Of a stretch of DNA of 64,000 nt, positions 25,559 to 33,790 are shown piece by piece; position 1 is the first letter of the stretch, and every line of letters begins with the position of its first letter. Source of the stretch: Hyphobacterium sp. (lineage in GTDB: Bacteria; Pseudomonadota; Alphaproteobacteria; Caulobacterales; Maricaulaceae); NCBI RefSeq assembly GCF_965217055.1, contig NZ_OZ244227.1:1283652-1347651 (forward strand), written 5' to 3'. A program made the position numbers and the translations under genes. The notes beneath the pieces are model-generated. The model did no database searches. It had not been told where the DNA came from and saw nothing but the letters and a program-made list of their open reading frames with translations.

Positions 25559-26419
25559 ATGCGTACGCTTTTGACCATTGCCACCATCCTGGCCGCCATC
25601 CCGGCCGCACACGCCCAGCTCGGCACGGTGACCGGTACAGTGCAGGATACCACGCAGCTCGAGACCGACGCGCTCGATCTCGACGCGACCAGCCGGATCG
25701 GCTCGCGCCTGCAAACCGATGTACCGACCTCGCGCATCGAGCAAATGCGCCAGCGCCGCGCCCTGCGGGAGGCCCGCAGTGCCGCTGTCGAAGCGCGCGA
25801 GGCACCGATAATGAACACCGGATCGCAATCGGCGGTGCAAACGGGTGTCGCGGATACGGCCTCTGCCGCCGTTTCGAATACTGCGGCAGCATCCGCCACG
25901 CCGCGCCAATCCACCGCCTCGGCGGTCACGACCAGCTCTGCTGACATTGCCGGCCAGACCGCTGTTGCCGGCCAATCCACGATTGTGACGGTCGACCCGC
26001 CGGCCCCGCGTCCCGTGGCGCGGGTGCAAAGCGCAGCCGAAACGGTCGATGACGCCGCCGCGTCAATCGCGGTGGAGGTGCCATCTTCTTCCGTGTCCGT
26101 GCCGGCGGTTAGCGCCAGCGCGCCTGCCGTGGCGGTGACCTCGCCCGCCCCGCGCCCCGCTTATGTCGGGTCCGGGGGCTCCACGGTCATTATCCGCGAT
26201 CGCAGCCAGCCGGCCCAGGCCGAACCCGTCGCGGCCACACCGCCAGCGCTTCAACCCGCTTCGCGCGTGACGCCGCAGCCGGTGCCGGCCCGCGCGGCCA
26301 ACAGATGGATTGATCCGCAAAGCATTTCCGAGAATGCCTTCTCAATCTGCTGCGCGCTGCTGCTCGTCCTGACGCTGCTGATGGCGGCGCACATGCTGAC
26401 CCGTCGCCGGGTCCGGTAG
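25559..26419 (+). CDS. Exported Ala/Ser/Thr/Pro/Val-rich (mucin-like) protein with C-terminal membrane anchor
   Basis: 286 aa. Signal peptide MRTLLTIATILAAIPAAHA/Q, long low-complexity region, C-terminal TM (FSICCALLLVLTLLMAAHML) followed by TRRRVR. Confidence 0.75.
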   Translation: MRTLLTIATILAAIPAAHAQLGTVTGTVQDTTQLETDALDLDATSRIGSRLQTDVPTSRIEQMRQRRALREARSAAVEAREAPIMNTGSQSAVQTGVADTASAAVSNTAAASATPRQSTASAVTTSSADIAGQTAVAGQSTIVTVDPPAPRPVARVQSAAETVDDAAASIAVEVPSSSVSVPAVSASAPAVAVTSPAPRPAYVGSGGSTVIIRDRSQPAQAEPVAATPPALQPASRVTPQPVPARAANRWIDPQSISENAFSICCALLLVLTLLMAAHMLTRRRVR

Positions 26420-26442
26420 ATATCCGGATAGGCATGGCTCCC

Positions 26443-26469
26443 GGGGCGGTCTTCGGGCCGCCCCTTTTT
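26443..26469 (+). terminator. Intrinsic terminator after the anchored-protein gene
   Basis: GGGGCGG-N8-CCGCCCC followed by TTTTT. Confidence 0.75.
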
Positions 26470-26472
26470 GCC

Positions 26473-28470
26473 TCAGCGCGTAATCCGCAGGCCGATGCTC
26501 ACCGCTCGTTCCTCGCCGGGGAAGTAGCGGGCACTGCCAAAGGCAAAGTCGGCGCGCTCGGCATAGCGGATATCTGCGAGATTGCGGATCGTCCCGATCA
26601 ATGTGACGCGGTCATTGGCGGACCAGCGCAGGCGCAGATTGAGGAGGTCATGCCCGTCATAGTCATTGGCATTGGCGGCATCGGTAAAATAGCCACCGAC
26701 ATGCACCCATTCGAGGCCAGCCCGGAGCCGGTCGGTGGCCTGCCAGTCGAGGCGGGCATTCCAGAGCCATTCGGGCGCCGAATCGATACGATTGCCGGCA
26801 CGGATGAGTTCGCTGGCATTGCCCACCACCCGGTCGAAATCATAACTGTGCTCGGCCCAGCTTCCCGCGAGCGCGACATCGAGACGCTGTGTCAGCGGCC
26901 AGTCGAGATCGAACTCGATGCCGTGATGGCGCGTCGCACCATCGGTGACATTGAAGCCATCGGCATCGCGAAAGAAGACATTCGTCTTGCGCATGGCAAA
27001 GGCGACCAGTTCGAGGCGGCCGCCACCGGCAAAACCGCGGCGGTAGCCGATTTCCGCATTGTCGAGCACTTCCGGTTCAATGCCGGAAATGTCCTGACCG
27101 GGTTGCAGCCGGTAGAGCTCGGCGGTCTGCGGCGCGCGGCTGCCGCGCGCGAGGCGTGCAAACACCGCTCTGTTGTCAGCAAGCTGCCAAACCAGCCCGG
27201 CATGCGGGGTCAACACCGCGAAATCGTCTGTGCGGTCCGGCGGGCGCAGATAGCGGCCGACAGTGTTGGCGGGCAAATGATTGTCATAGTCGAAGCGCGT
27301 GGCTTCCCAGCGCGCGCCGGCGTGCAGCGTCCATGCCGGCGACAGCGACCAGCGAGCCTGCGCATAGAGCGCCGCGACATCCGCCCTCACCGTGTAATCA
27401 TAATGTTCGCCCTGCACGAAGGAGAAAACGGTCGGCCGCTCCTGGGTTTCCGTCAGATAGCCTTGCGTACGCTCGATATCTGCACCCAGTGTCAGGCGAC
27501 CGGACGCGGCTTGCCGGACCAGCGCGGCCTGCAGACCGATACTGTCATGACCGCTTTCCTCGAGCGCCTCTGACGGCAGGAAATGCATACGGAAATCCAT
27601 CGCATTGGACCGGGCGTAGGGGGTCAGCGACCCGTGCCACGGGCCGTCGAGATCCGCTTCGAGCCGCAAGGCTGCGCGCACGGTATAGGCATCGCGGAAA
27701 CCCTCCGGATCCGGATTACTGCGCGATAGCGACAGATTCTCATAGGCGCGCGGGCCGCGAATATAGCCGGCGGTCTCCTGGTTGAGCGAGATCGCTGCGA
27801 GGGTGAAGCGCCAGTCGAGTCGCGGCGTGCTGCCTTGTGCGCGCAACAAGGCTTCGAGCCGGTCGAGCCCGGCCTCGGCGCGCCAGCCCTCCTCGTGCTG
27901 GCCTGCCAGGCCGGCCAGCCATTGCAGGTTTTCCGACGTCGCGCTCCACAGCGCGTGTCCGCGTACGCGGCCGAGGGAGCCGGCTTCCAGCTCCAGCGTC
28001 GGTGGCAGTGTGGCCGGGCCGGGCGTGCGATAATTGATCAGTCCATGCAGCGCATTGGAGCCGTAAAGCGCCGGGCCCGGACCCCGCACGATCTCGACAC
28101 TGCCGGTCAGTCCGCCAAGCGCCTCGAACAGGCCGTTGACATTGGCAAAGCCGGCGGCGCGCAAAGGGATTCCGTCCTCGAGATAGAGGAAGGACCCCGC
28201 CCCGGCGCCCCCGGTCAGGACCGGCGACCGGATGGCGGTGAGATGCTCGACGCCGTTGCCACGATTGATGAAAGCGCCGGGCGTGCGGTTGACCAGCTCG
28301 GCCGGGTGCTGGGATCCGGTCTCGATAATCGCATCGCGCGAGATAAACGTGATCGGCAATACGGTTTCGACGCGTGCCTCGCCGCGGCGGTCTCCGGTGA
28401 CGACGATGACGTCCTGCGCAATGGCCGGTGCGGCAAAAAACAAGAAGGCAGCAATGAAAGCGCGGGTCAT
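26473..28470 (-). CDS. TonB-dependent receptor
   Basis: 665 aa. Signal peptide ..APAIA/QD, plug motifs (VIVVTGDRR, GAFINRGNGVEHLTAIRSP, VEIVRGPGPALYGSNALHG), beta-barrel. Confidence 0.9.
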   Translation of the reverse strand: MTRAFIAAFLFFAAPAIAQDVIVVTGDRRGEARVETVLPITFISRDAIIETGSQHPAELVNRTPGAFINRGNGVEHLTAIRSPVLTGGAGAGSFLYLEDGIPLRAAGFANVNGLFEALGGLTGSVEIVRGPGPALYGSNALHGLINYRTPGPATLPPTLELEAGSLGRVRGHALWSATSENLQWLAGLAGQHEEGWRAEAGLDRLEALLRAQGSTPRLDWRFTLAAISLNQETAGYIRGPRAYENLSLSRSNPDPEGFRDAYTVRAALRLEADLDGPWHGSLTPYARSNAMDFRMHFLPSEALEESGHDSIGLQAALVRQAASGRLTLGADIERTQGYLTETQERPTVFSFVQGEHYDYTVRADVAALYAQARWSLSPAWTLHAGARWEATRFDYDNHLPANTVGRYLRPPDRTDDFAVLTPHAGLVWQLADNRAVFARLARGSRAPQTAELYRLQPGQDISGIEPEVLDNAEIGYRRGFAGGGRLELVAFAMRKTNVFFRDADGFNVTDGATRHHGIEFDLDWPLTQRLDVALAGSWAEHSYDFDRVVGNASELIRAGNRIDSAPEWLWNARLDWQATDRLRAGLEWVHVGGYFTDAANANDYDGHDLLNLRLRWSANDRVTLIGTIRNLADIRYAERADFAFGSARYFPGEERAVSIGLRITR

Positions 28471-28594
28471 GCGGGAGCAATGTAGTCAGCCCGCCGCGCA
28501 GGGCAATTTGACGGCGGCGGCAGATGACATTTCGCGTTACCGCGCTAGGCTTTTTGCGGGGGATGGTTGCGGGGACAGGTGGAGGCCGGGCTTG

Positions 28595-29383
28595 ATGACG
28601 TACTGGCGCATGATTGCCGCGATCGCGGCTTGCAGCCTGCTGGCGCCGGACGCGTCGGCCAATCGCCGCACTGCGCTGGAGATCGAGGCAGATTACACGG
28701 CATCCGTACTGGTGTTTCGCGTGGGCCGTGTGTCGCTCAATGCAAATCTCGGCATCGACGGCTATGCCGCCCGGGCGCATGTGCAAGCGGCCGGGCTGGC
28801 GGCCCTGTTCACCGATTTCTCGATCGATTCGGACGTGGAAGGGCTCTTCGCGCAAGGCCATCCGGTACCGGTCAATTACGGCCATATCGAACGGACAGGT
28901 GACAAGACCCGTGTGGTCGATGTCGATTTCGAGGACGGGATCGCACGGTCCACCGCTTCACCGGCCTTCTCGTCATGGGGCGATCCGCCGGCGAGCGAAA
29001 CCGACCGGACCGGCGTGGTCGACCCGATGACGGCGACGCTGCTGCTCTCGGAACTCGTCACGGCTAGCGACAGCGCGCCCTGTGAAGGCGTGATCCCGGT
29101 CTTCGACGGCAAGCAGCGCTATGATCTCAATCTGGTTTCGCGTGGCATTGAAACCATCCGCACGCGCGGCTATCGCGGCGAGGTTCTGGTTTGTGATGCC
29201 TATTATGCGCCGATTTCCGGCTATGACCCGGAGGATTGGCCGGAACCGGGCGAAACCCGGCACCCCTTGCGCATGTGGATCGCGCCGATCGGCGACGGCA
29301 CAGCTTTCCTTCCCGTCCGCCTGCACACACGGGCCGGATTTGGCGGCGTGACGGTGGAATTGCGCGAATTGCGGCTGGATTAG
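28595..29383 (+). CDS. DUF3108 domain-containing exported protein
   Basis: 262 aa from ATG 28595 (MTYWRMIAAIAACSLLAP..). Pattern Y.A....F.VG...L...... plus the C-terminal VTVELRELRL resembles DUF3108. The track ORF start at 28232 is shadow. Confidence 0.65.
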   Translation: MTYWRMIAAIAACSLLAPDASANRRTALEIEADYTASVLVFRVGRVSLNANLGIDGYAARAHVQAAGLAALFTDFSIDSDVEGLFAQGHPVPVNYGHIERTGDKTRVVDVDFEDGIARSTASPAFSSWGDPPASETDRTGVVDPMTATLLLSELVTASDSAPCEGVIPVFDGKQRYDLNLVSRGIETIRTRGYRGEVLVCDAYYAPISGYDPEDWPEPGETRHPLRMWIAPIGDGTAFLPVRLHTRAGFGGVTVELRELRLD

Positions 29384-29406
29384 GCAGGGGTTGTTCCGAA
29401 CAAAAG

Positions 29407-29433
29407 AAAAGGCGCGGCCGAAGCCGCGCCTTT
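29407..29433. terminator. Bidirectional intrinsic terminator
   Basis: AAAA-GGCGCGGC-cgaa-GCCGCGCC-TTT, between convergent genes. Confidence 0.75.
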
Positions 29434-29459
29434 CCCAGGGGAGACAGGATCGGAAGGCG

Positions 29460-30239
29460 TTAGCCCACCGATGCCATGCCGGATACATCCGCCCGCGTCG
29501 CATTCAGCACGATGGCCTGTGCGTCCGCGTCGAACATTGCATCGCTTTCCGAGACAGCAACAACACCCTCGGTATTGATGCCCGAACGGTCGAAGTGAAC
29601 CTGACCATTCGTGTCGGCGTCATAACGGGCGACGGTACCGATGCGATAGCCGTCACTGCTGTAAACGGCCACATGGCCGCTTCCGCCGGCGTGGGAGGAC
29701 GCCGCGGCGCCGGTATAGGCCGACGCACTGTCCGGCGCATCAGCGCTGACCGAACCGCCCGCATACATTTGCGAGCGCTGCTCCAGCTGCGATGCCAAGC
29801 GGGCGCTGGCATTGCTGCGGTCATAGGCCGTCAGCGAGGTTTGCAGCGTCTGGCGCATGCGCGTCTGCGCGTCCAGCGTGGCGTCGGTCTGGGCGTTGAC
29901 CGTGTCGTCAACACCAAGATCCGTGTTCACACCGCTGTCCAGGCGAGAATCGATATCCGTCTGTTGGTCGAGTCGGGAATCGATATCCGTCTGCTGGTCC
30001 AGGCGCGAATCAAGGTCCGTCTGTTGGTCCAGCCGGGAATCAAGATCTGTTTGCTGATCGAGGCGGGAGTCGATTCCGCTGCGCTGGTCGACGATGCCTT
30101 GCGTGGTCTGGCTTGTCGTGGACGACAAGGAGCCCCGCGTCTGGTTCTGGACAGAACCCGTGAGGTCGGTGACCTGCGCCATAGCTGCCGTCGTCGGCAG
30201 GATCATGGCCAGTACAAGGCCGGTCGTTGCGATTTTCAT
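29460..30239 (-). CDS. Secreted protein with five DSRLDQQTD decapeptide repeats and a possible PRC-barrel-like C-terminus
   Basis: 259 aa from ATG 30239 (GGAGAG SD). Signal peptide MKIATTGLVLAMILPTTAAMA/Q. The C-terminal VYSSDGYRIGTVARYDAD... is PRC-barrel-like (weak recall). Confidence 0.75.
   Translation of the reverse strand: MKIATTGLVLAMILPTTAAMAQVTDLTGSVQNQTRGSLSSTTSQTTQGIVDQRSGIDSRLDQQTDLDSRLDQQTDLDSRLDQQTDIDSRLDQQTDIDSRLDSGVNTDLGVDDTVNAQTDATLDAQTRMRQTLQTSLTAYDRSNASARLASQLEQRSQMYAGGSVSADAPDSASAYTGAAASSHAGGSGHVAVYSSDGYRIGTVARYDADTNGQVHFDRSGINTEGVVAVSESDAMFDADAQAIVLNATRADVSGMASVG
29937..30092 (-). repeat. In-frame 30-bp tandem repeat (5 units)
   Basis: (I/L)DSRLDQQTD four times plus IDSRLDSGVNTD, preceded by the degenerate VDQRSG. 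Confidence 0.8.
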
Positions 30240-30272
30240 TTCAAGCTCTCCATTGGTTGCGAGCACCAATAC

Positions 30273-30297
30273 AACGCGAAGGCCAAATCGGAGTTCC
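30273..30297 (-). promoter_or_regulatory. ECF/EcfG-type promoter GGAAC-N16-CGTTGTAT for the DSRLDQQTD-repeat gene
   Basis: Read on the minus strand. The -10 lies 33 nt before ATG 30239. Confidence 0.5.
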
Positions 30298-30434
30298 GGG
30301 AGAATGCATATCGTGATCAGAGCGCCGGGGCACCCGGCCTGGCGTACTGCAAAATGACGTTCACGGCAGGACTGCAATTCGCTTGACGCACCACGGCGAT
30401 GCGCAATGCTTCGGCGAACAATGGAGACTTACCC

Positions 30435-31658
30435 ATGGCAGAGCGTGACTATGGCATCGTGGTTTACGGCGCGACGGGATTCACCGGCCGCCTGGTGGCG
30501 GAGTATCTCGACCGGACCTATCGCGGCGATGCGACCGTGAAATGGGCGATGGCCGGCCGTTCCCGGGCCAAGCTGGAATCGGTGCGCGATGAAATGGGCA
30601 TTTCGCCCGATGTCGATCTGATAACGGCGGACGCCGGCGATCCGGCTTCGCTGAAGGCGATGGCCGGGTCGGCGAAAGTCGTGATCACGACGGTGGGACC
30701 CTACCAGCTCTACGGCGAAGCGCTGCTGGCTGCGTGTGCGGACGCGGGCACGGATTATGTCGATTTGTGCGGTGAGCCGGCCTGGATGGCGCAGATGATC
30801 GGGAAATACCAGGATGCGGCTTCGGCCAGCGGCGCCCGGCTGGTGTTTTCCTGCGGCTTTGACAGCGTGCCCTTCGATCTCGGTGTCTGGTTCCTGCAGG
30901 CCGAAGCCAAGGCGTCGCTCGGCGCCGTGCTGCCCCGCATCAAGGGCCGCGTGCGCGGAATGAAAGGAACCTTCTCGGGAGGCACTGCGGCCAGCCTGAC
31001 AGCCACGATCGCCGCGGTGAGCAAGGACCGGTCCCTGCTCAAACTGCTGACCAATCCGTTTTCCCTGTGCCCGGGCTTTTCGGGACCCAAGCAACCGCAT
31101 TCCGCCGAAGCCGAATATGACGAGACCGCCGGATCCTGGACGGCGCCCTTCATCATGGCGCCGATCAACACCAAGAACGTGCACCGCTCGAACTTCCTTG
31201 CCGGACACCCTTATGGTGCGGACTTCGTCTATGACGAGCGCATGCTCACCGGTGACGGGGAGAAGGGCGAGAAGCGCGCCAGGTCGGCCGCCCGGCAAGA
31301 GAAGGTGCAGAACATCATGCTGGCGATGGCCCCGACGCGCTGGATCCTGAAGACCTTCATGATGCCGAAGCCCGGCGAAGGCCCGGACAAGGAGGCGCGC
31401 GAAACCGGGTTCTACGACATCTTGTTCATCGGCGAGGGCGCGGACGGCAAGGTGCTGAAGGCCTCGGTGAAGGGCGACAAGGATCCCGGCTATGGATCGA
31501 CGTCGAAAATGATCTCCGAATGTGCGCTATGCCTGCTGCTCGATATCGACCGGGAGACTACGCCGGGCGGCATCTGGACACCGGCAACGGCCATGAATGG
31601 CAAGCTGGTTGACCGGTTGCAGGCGAAAGCCGGACTGACGTTCGCGATCGAGAGCTGA
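30435..31658 (+). CDS. Saccharopine dehydrogenase family (NAD-binding) protein
   Basis: YGIVVYGATGFTGRLVAEYL Rossmann start. ATG 30435 with GGAGA SD. Confidence 0.8.
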   Translation: MAERDYGIVVYGATGFTGRLVAEYLDRTYRGDATVKWAMAGRSRAKLESVRDEMGISPDVDLITADAGDPASLKAMAGSAKVVITTVGPYQLYGEALLAACADAGTDYVDLCGEPAWMAQMIGKYQDAASASGARLVFSCGFDSVPFDLGVWFLQAEAKASLGAVLPRIKGRVRGMKGTFSGGTAASLTATIAAVSKDRSLLKLLTNPFSLCPGFSGPKQPHSAEAEYDETAGSWTAPFIMAPINTKNVHRSNFLAGHPYGADFVYDERMLTGDGEKGEKRARSAARQEKVQNIMLAMAPTRWILKTFMMPKPGEGPDKEARETGFYDILFIGEGADGKVLKASVKGDKDPGYGSTSKMISECALCLLLDIDRETTPGGIWTPATAMNGKLVDRLQAKAGLTFAIES

Positions 31659-32111
31659 TCAGGCGCGGGTTTCCGTTTCCAGTCCCGGCATGCCGAATAG
31701 CGCAAGCTGCAGGCTCTGCGCGATGCGGTGAGCGCGCTCCATGAAGTAGGACAGGGCGCCCGGCGTGGGCGCCGTGTCTGTCAGGGTCTGTTCGAACAGG
31801 CCGAGCCAGACGCCGAAATGCTGCGGCTTGATGCTGGCATGTTTCTTGTGCGCGGGAACGGGCTTGCCGGAATAACGGCCCGCATTGAGCGCCACCGACG
31901 CCCAGAAATCCTTCATCCTTGCGAGATGTTCCGGCCAATTGTCGCCGATCGCATCATTGAACACCGGGCCAAGCACCGGGTGCGCCCGCACGCGCTCGTA
32001 GAATGTCTCGACAAGGACCGAGATGTAGGCGTCATCAATGCCCATCGCCGCGGCGTTCTCGCGGATCGCCTGCCGACGCTCCGATGCACTGCGGATCACG
32101 GTCTGTCTCAT
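31659..32111 (-). CDS. Group III truncated hemoglobin
   Basis: 150 aa. FYERVRAHPVLGPVF...W.EHLARMKDFWASVALNAGRYSGKPVPAHKK matches the group III trHb pattern. Confidence 0.75.
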   Translation of the reverse strand: MRQTVIRSASERRQAIRENAAAMGIDDAYISVLVETFYERVRAHPVLGPVFNDAIGDNWPEHLARMKDFWASVALNAGRYSGKPVPAHKKHASIKPQHFGVWLGLFEQTLTDTAPTPGALSYFMERAHRIAQSLQLALFGMPGLETETRA

Positions 32112-32168
32112 CAGCGCCTTGTCGGCGGGAAATGGCGGAGCCGCAAGGCGCGATACTGACGCACCCTG

Positions 32169-33227
32169 TTAGTCCGCCATCAACGCCTTTCGGCGGAAGC
32201 TGGTCGGCGCCTCGCCGGTGGCTTCGCGGAAGGCGCGGTTGAAGCTGGCGATCGAGCCATAACCGAGATCGAGTGCGACCTGCAGGATCTGGCGCCGCGC
32301 CTGTTCCGGGTCGGCGAGGATTTCCTTGGCGTCCTCGACCCGGTGGGAATTGATGTAGGCGGAGAAATTGCGGTAGCCGAGGCCCTGGTTGATGAGCTTG
32401 CGCAAGCGGTGCTCGGGCGTGGCGAGCCGGTCGGCCAGCTTGCCGACAGTGAGGCCGGTCTCGCGATAGGCGCCGGCTTCCATGGCGGATTCGAGGCGGG
32501 CGAGGAGCGGCTTGTCAGCCGGTGCGACCGCTGCGATCGCCGCCGCCGTATCGTGCCGGCGCATCACCGTCTTGCGATCAACAAACATGACCGGGCTGGC
32601 GCGCAGCGCCCACATGGCGAAGGCAAAAGACAGGATCAGCAGCCAGACGGAGGACACGACGCGGTAGGCTGTGACCAGCGCGGTGTCCTGAAGCACGATG
32701 TCGAGCCCCATCAGGATCACGGCGGACAGACCGACCGAAACCGCAATCACAACGCGGAAGCGGCGGCGATCGTCGACGAGGTCGTCCTTCAGGCTCAACA
32801 GCGCGAAATAGGTGGCGTGCAGGAACAGCAGGATCGAGGCGAGCTGTTTGACCAGGGTGGCCAGATCAAGCACCAGCGGACCGCCTATCCCGTAATCGAT
32901 CGGAATCACCGCAAGGATCAGGACGGCCGGCGCGAGATGCGCAGCGCGGAAGCGGTACTGGTCGCAGAACAGGGCGAGACAGAACCACCAGAAGAAGACG
33001 CCGTCGAGCCAACCCAGCGGGACCAAAGGCAAATGCCAGGCGCCGAGCAGGTCGCGCATCGTCTGCGAACCACAGATCATGTAGGCAAACGCGCCCAGGC
33101 CGAACAGCGCGCCGAGCCGGGCAGCCAGCGACTGGCGGGCATTGACGAGCAGGATGGCGCTTGTGAGCAGGCACAGAACGCCCGCACTCATACGGGCGAT
33201 AATCTCGATCAGTTCCGCGTCGGACAT
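32169..33227 (-). CDS. AraC family transcriptional regulator with N-terminal multi-TM domain
   Basis: About 6 TM helices followed by a C-terminal AraC HTH (FSAYINSHRVEDAKEIL ... IASFNRAFREATGEAPTSFR). Confidence 0.85.
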   Translation of the reverse strand: MSDAELIEIIARMSAGVLCLLTSAILLVNARQSLAARLGALFGLGAFAYMICGSQTMRDLLGAWHLPLVPLGWLDGVFFWWFCLALFCDQYRFRAAHLAPAVLILAVIPIDYGIGGPLVLDLATLVKQLASILLFLHATYFALLSLKDDLVDDRRRFRVVIAVSVGLSAVILMGLDIVLQDTALVTAYRVVSSVWLLILSFAFAMWALRASPVMFVDRKTVMRRHDTAAAIAAVAPADKPLLARLESAMEAGAYRETGLTVGKLADRLATPEHRLRKLINQGLGYRNFSAYINSHRVEDAKEILADPEQARRQILQVALDLGYGSIASFNRAFREATGEAPTSFRRKALMAD

Positions 33228-33244
33228 GGGGCGATTATGACCTC

Positions 33245-33300
33245 AAACGAAAATTCCTGCCAGCCTGAACGCGACGGGGGGTGGCGGTCAGGCTGGCAGG
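33245..33300 (-). terminator. Long hairpin terminator after urcA-like gene
   Basis: CCTGCCAGCCTGA-N19-TCAGGCTGGCAGG, a 13-bp perfect stem. On the minus strand it is followed by AATTTTCGTTTG. Confidence 0.55.
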
Positions 33301-33309
33301 CCAGGCAAG

Positions 33310-33645
33310 CTAGTCGCGGTTGGCGGCCAGCACCACGCGATCCCGTCCATCTGGGGAGACGCTCCGGGACGCATGGATTTCGTTGAGCTGCGGTGCGGCG
33401 ACCGCTTCGAGCGTGCGCTCGATCGTGTCGCTGACACACAGGCGGGTGGCGGTCGCCGACATGGCGCCGTAGCGGTTTTCCTCGGCGCAGACGCGCTGCG
33501 CGGTATCGGCGATGCGGTCGTAAACCGCTTGGGCGCCCGCAGGCGTCGCCAGATCGGCGGTGGCAAAGGACAGCTCGGCGCTGGCCGGGTTGCCGGCCAG
33601 GGTGGTGGCGCCGAGGAAAAGGGCGGGGAGAAGCGCATTGAACAT
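33310..33645 (-). CDS. UrcA family protein
   Basis: 111 aa. Signal peptide, then ADLATPAGAQAVYDRIADTAQRVC...RLCVSDTIERTL with the conserved Cys pair typical of UrcA. Confidence 0.65.
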   Translation of the reverse strand: MFNALLPALFLGATTLAGNPASAELSFATADLATPAGAQAVYDRIADTAQRVCAEENRYGAMSATATRLCVSDTIERTLEAVAAPQLNEIHASRSVSPDGRDRVVLAANRD

Positions 33646-33790
33646 GATCGACCTCGTTTGTTTTCGCCGCTTCGGGCGGCTGACGAGATCAATCTGGCAG
33701 GCGGCGGGCCCCTGTGCTCCGCGATTTCGAAAATCGCGCGATCCTTTTCGGAATCGTGCGATGAATTTCAGAAATGCGCAGGCATTCCCG

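Noticed and set aside
24770-26029. 419-aa minus-strand ORF and the related 25468..25980 ORF.
   Set aside because: They are antisense to the S8 peptidase (catalytic D/H/S visible) and to the anchored protein, which has a signal peptide, SD and its own promoter motif.
26434-28885. ORFs 26434..27573 (+), 27740..28885 (-) and 27835..28485 (+).
   Set aside because: They overlap the TonB-dependent receptor in other frames or on the other strand, and have no motifs of their own.
33721-33737. GCGATTT-cga-AAATCGC palindrome between the M14 gene and the urcA-like gene.
   Set aside because: It is a perfect 7-bp dyad, but no U tract follows on the transcribed strand and no regulator is linked to it. 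Its function is undetermined.
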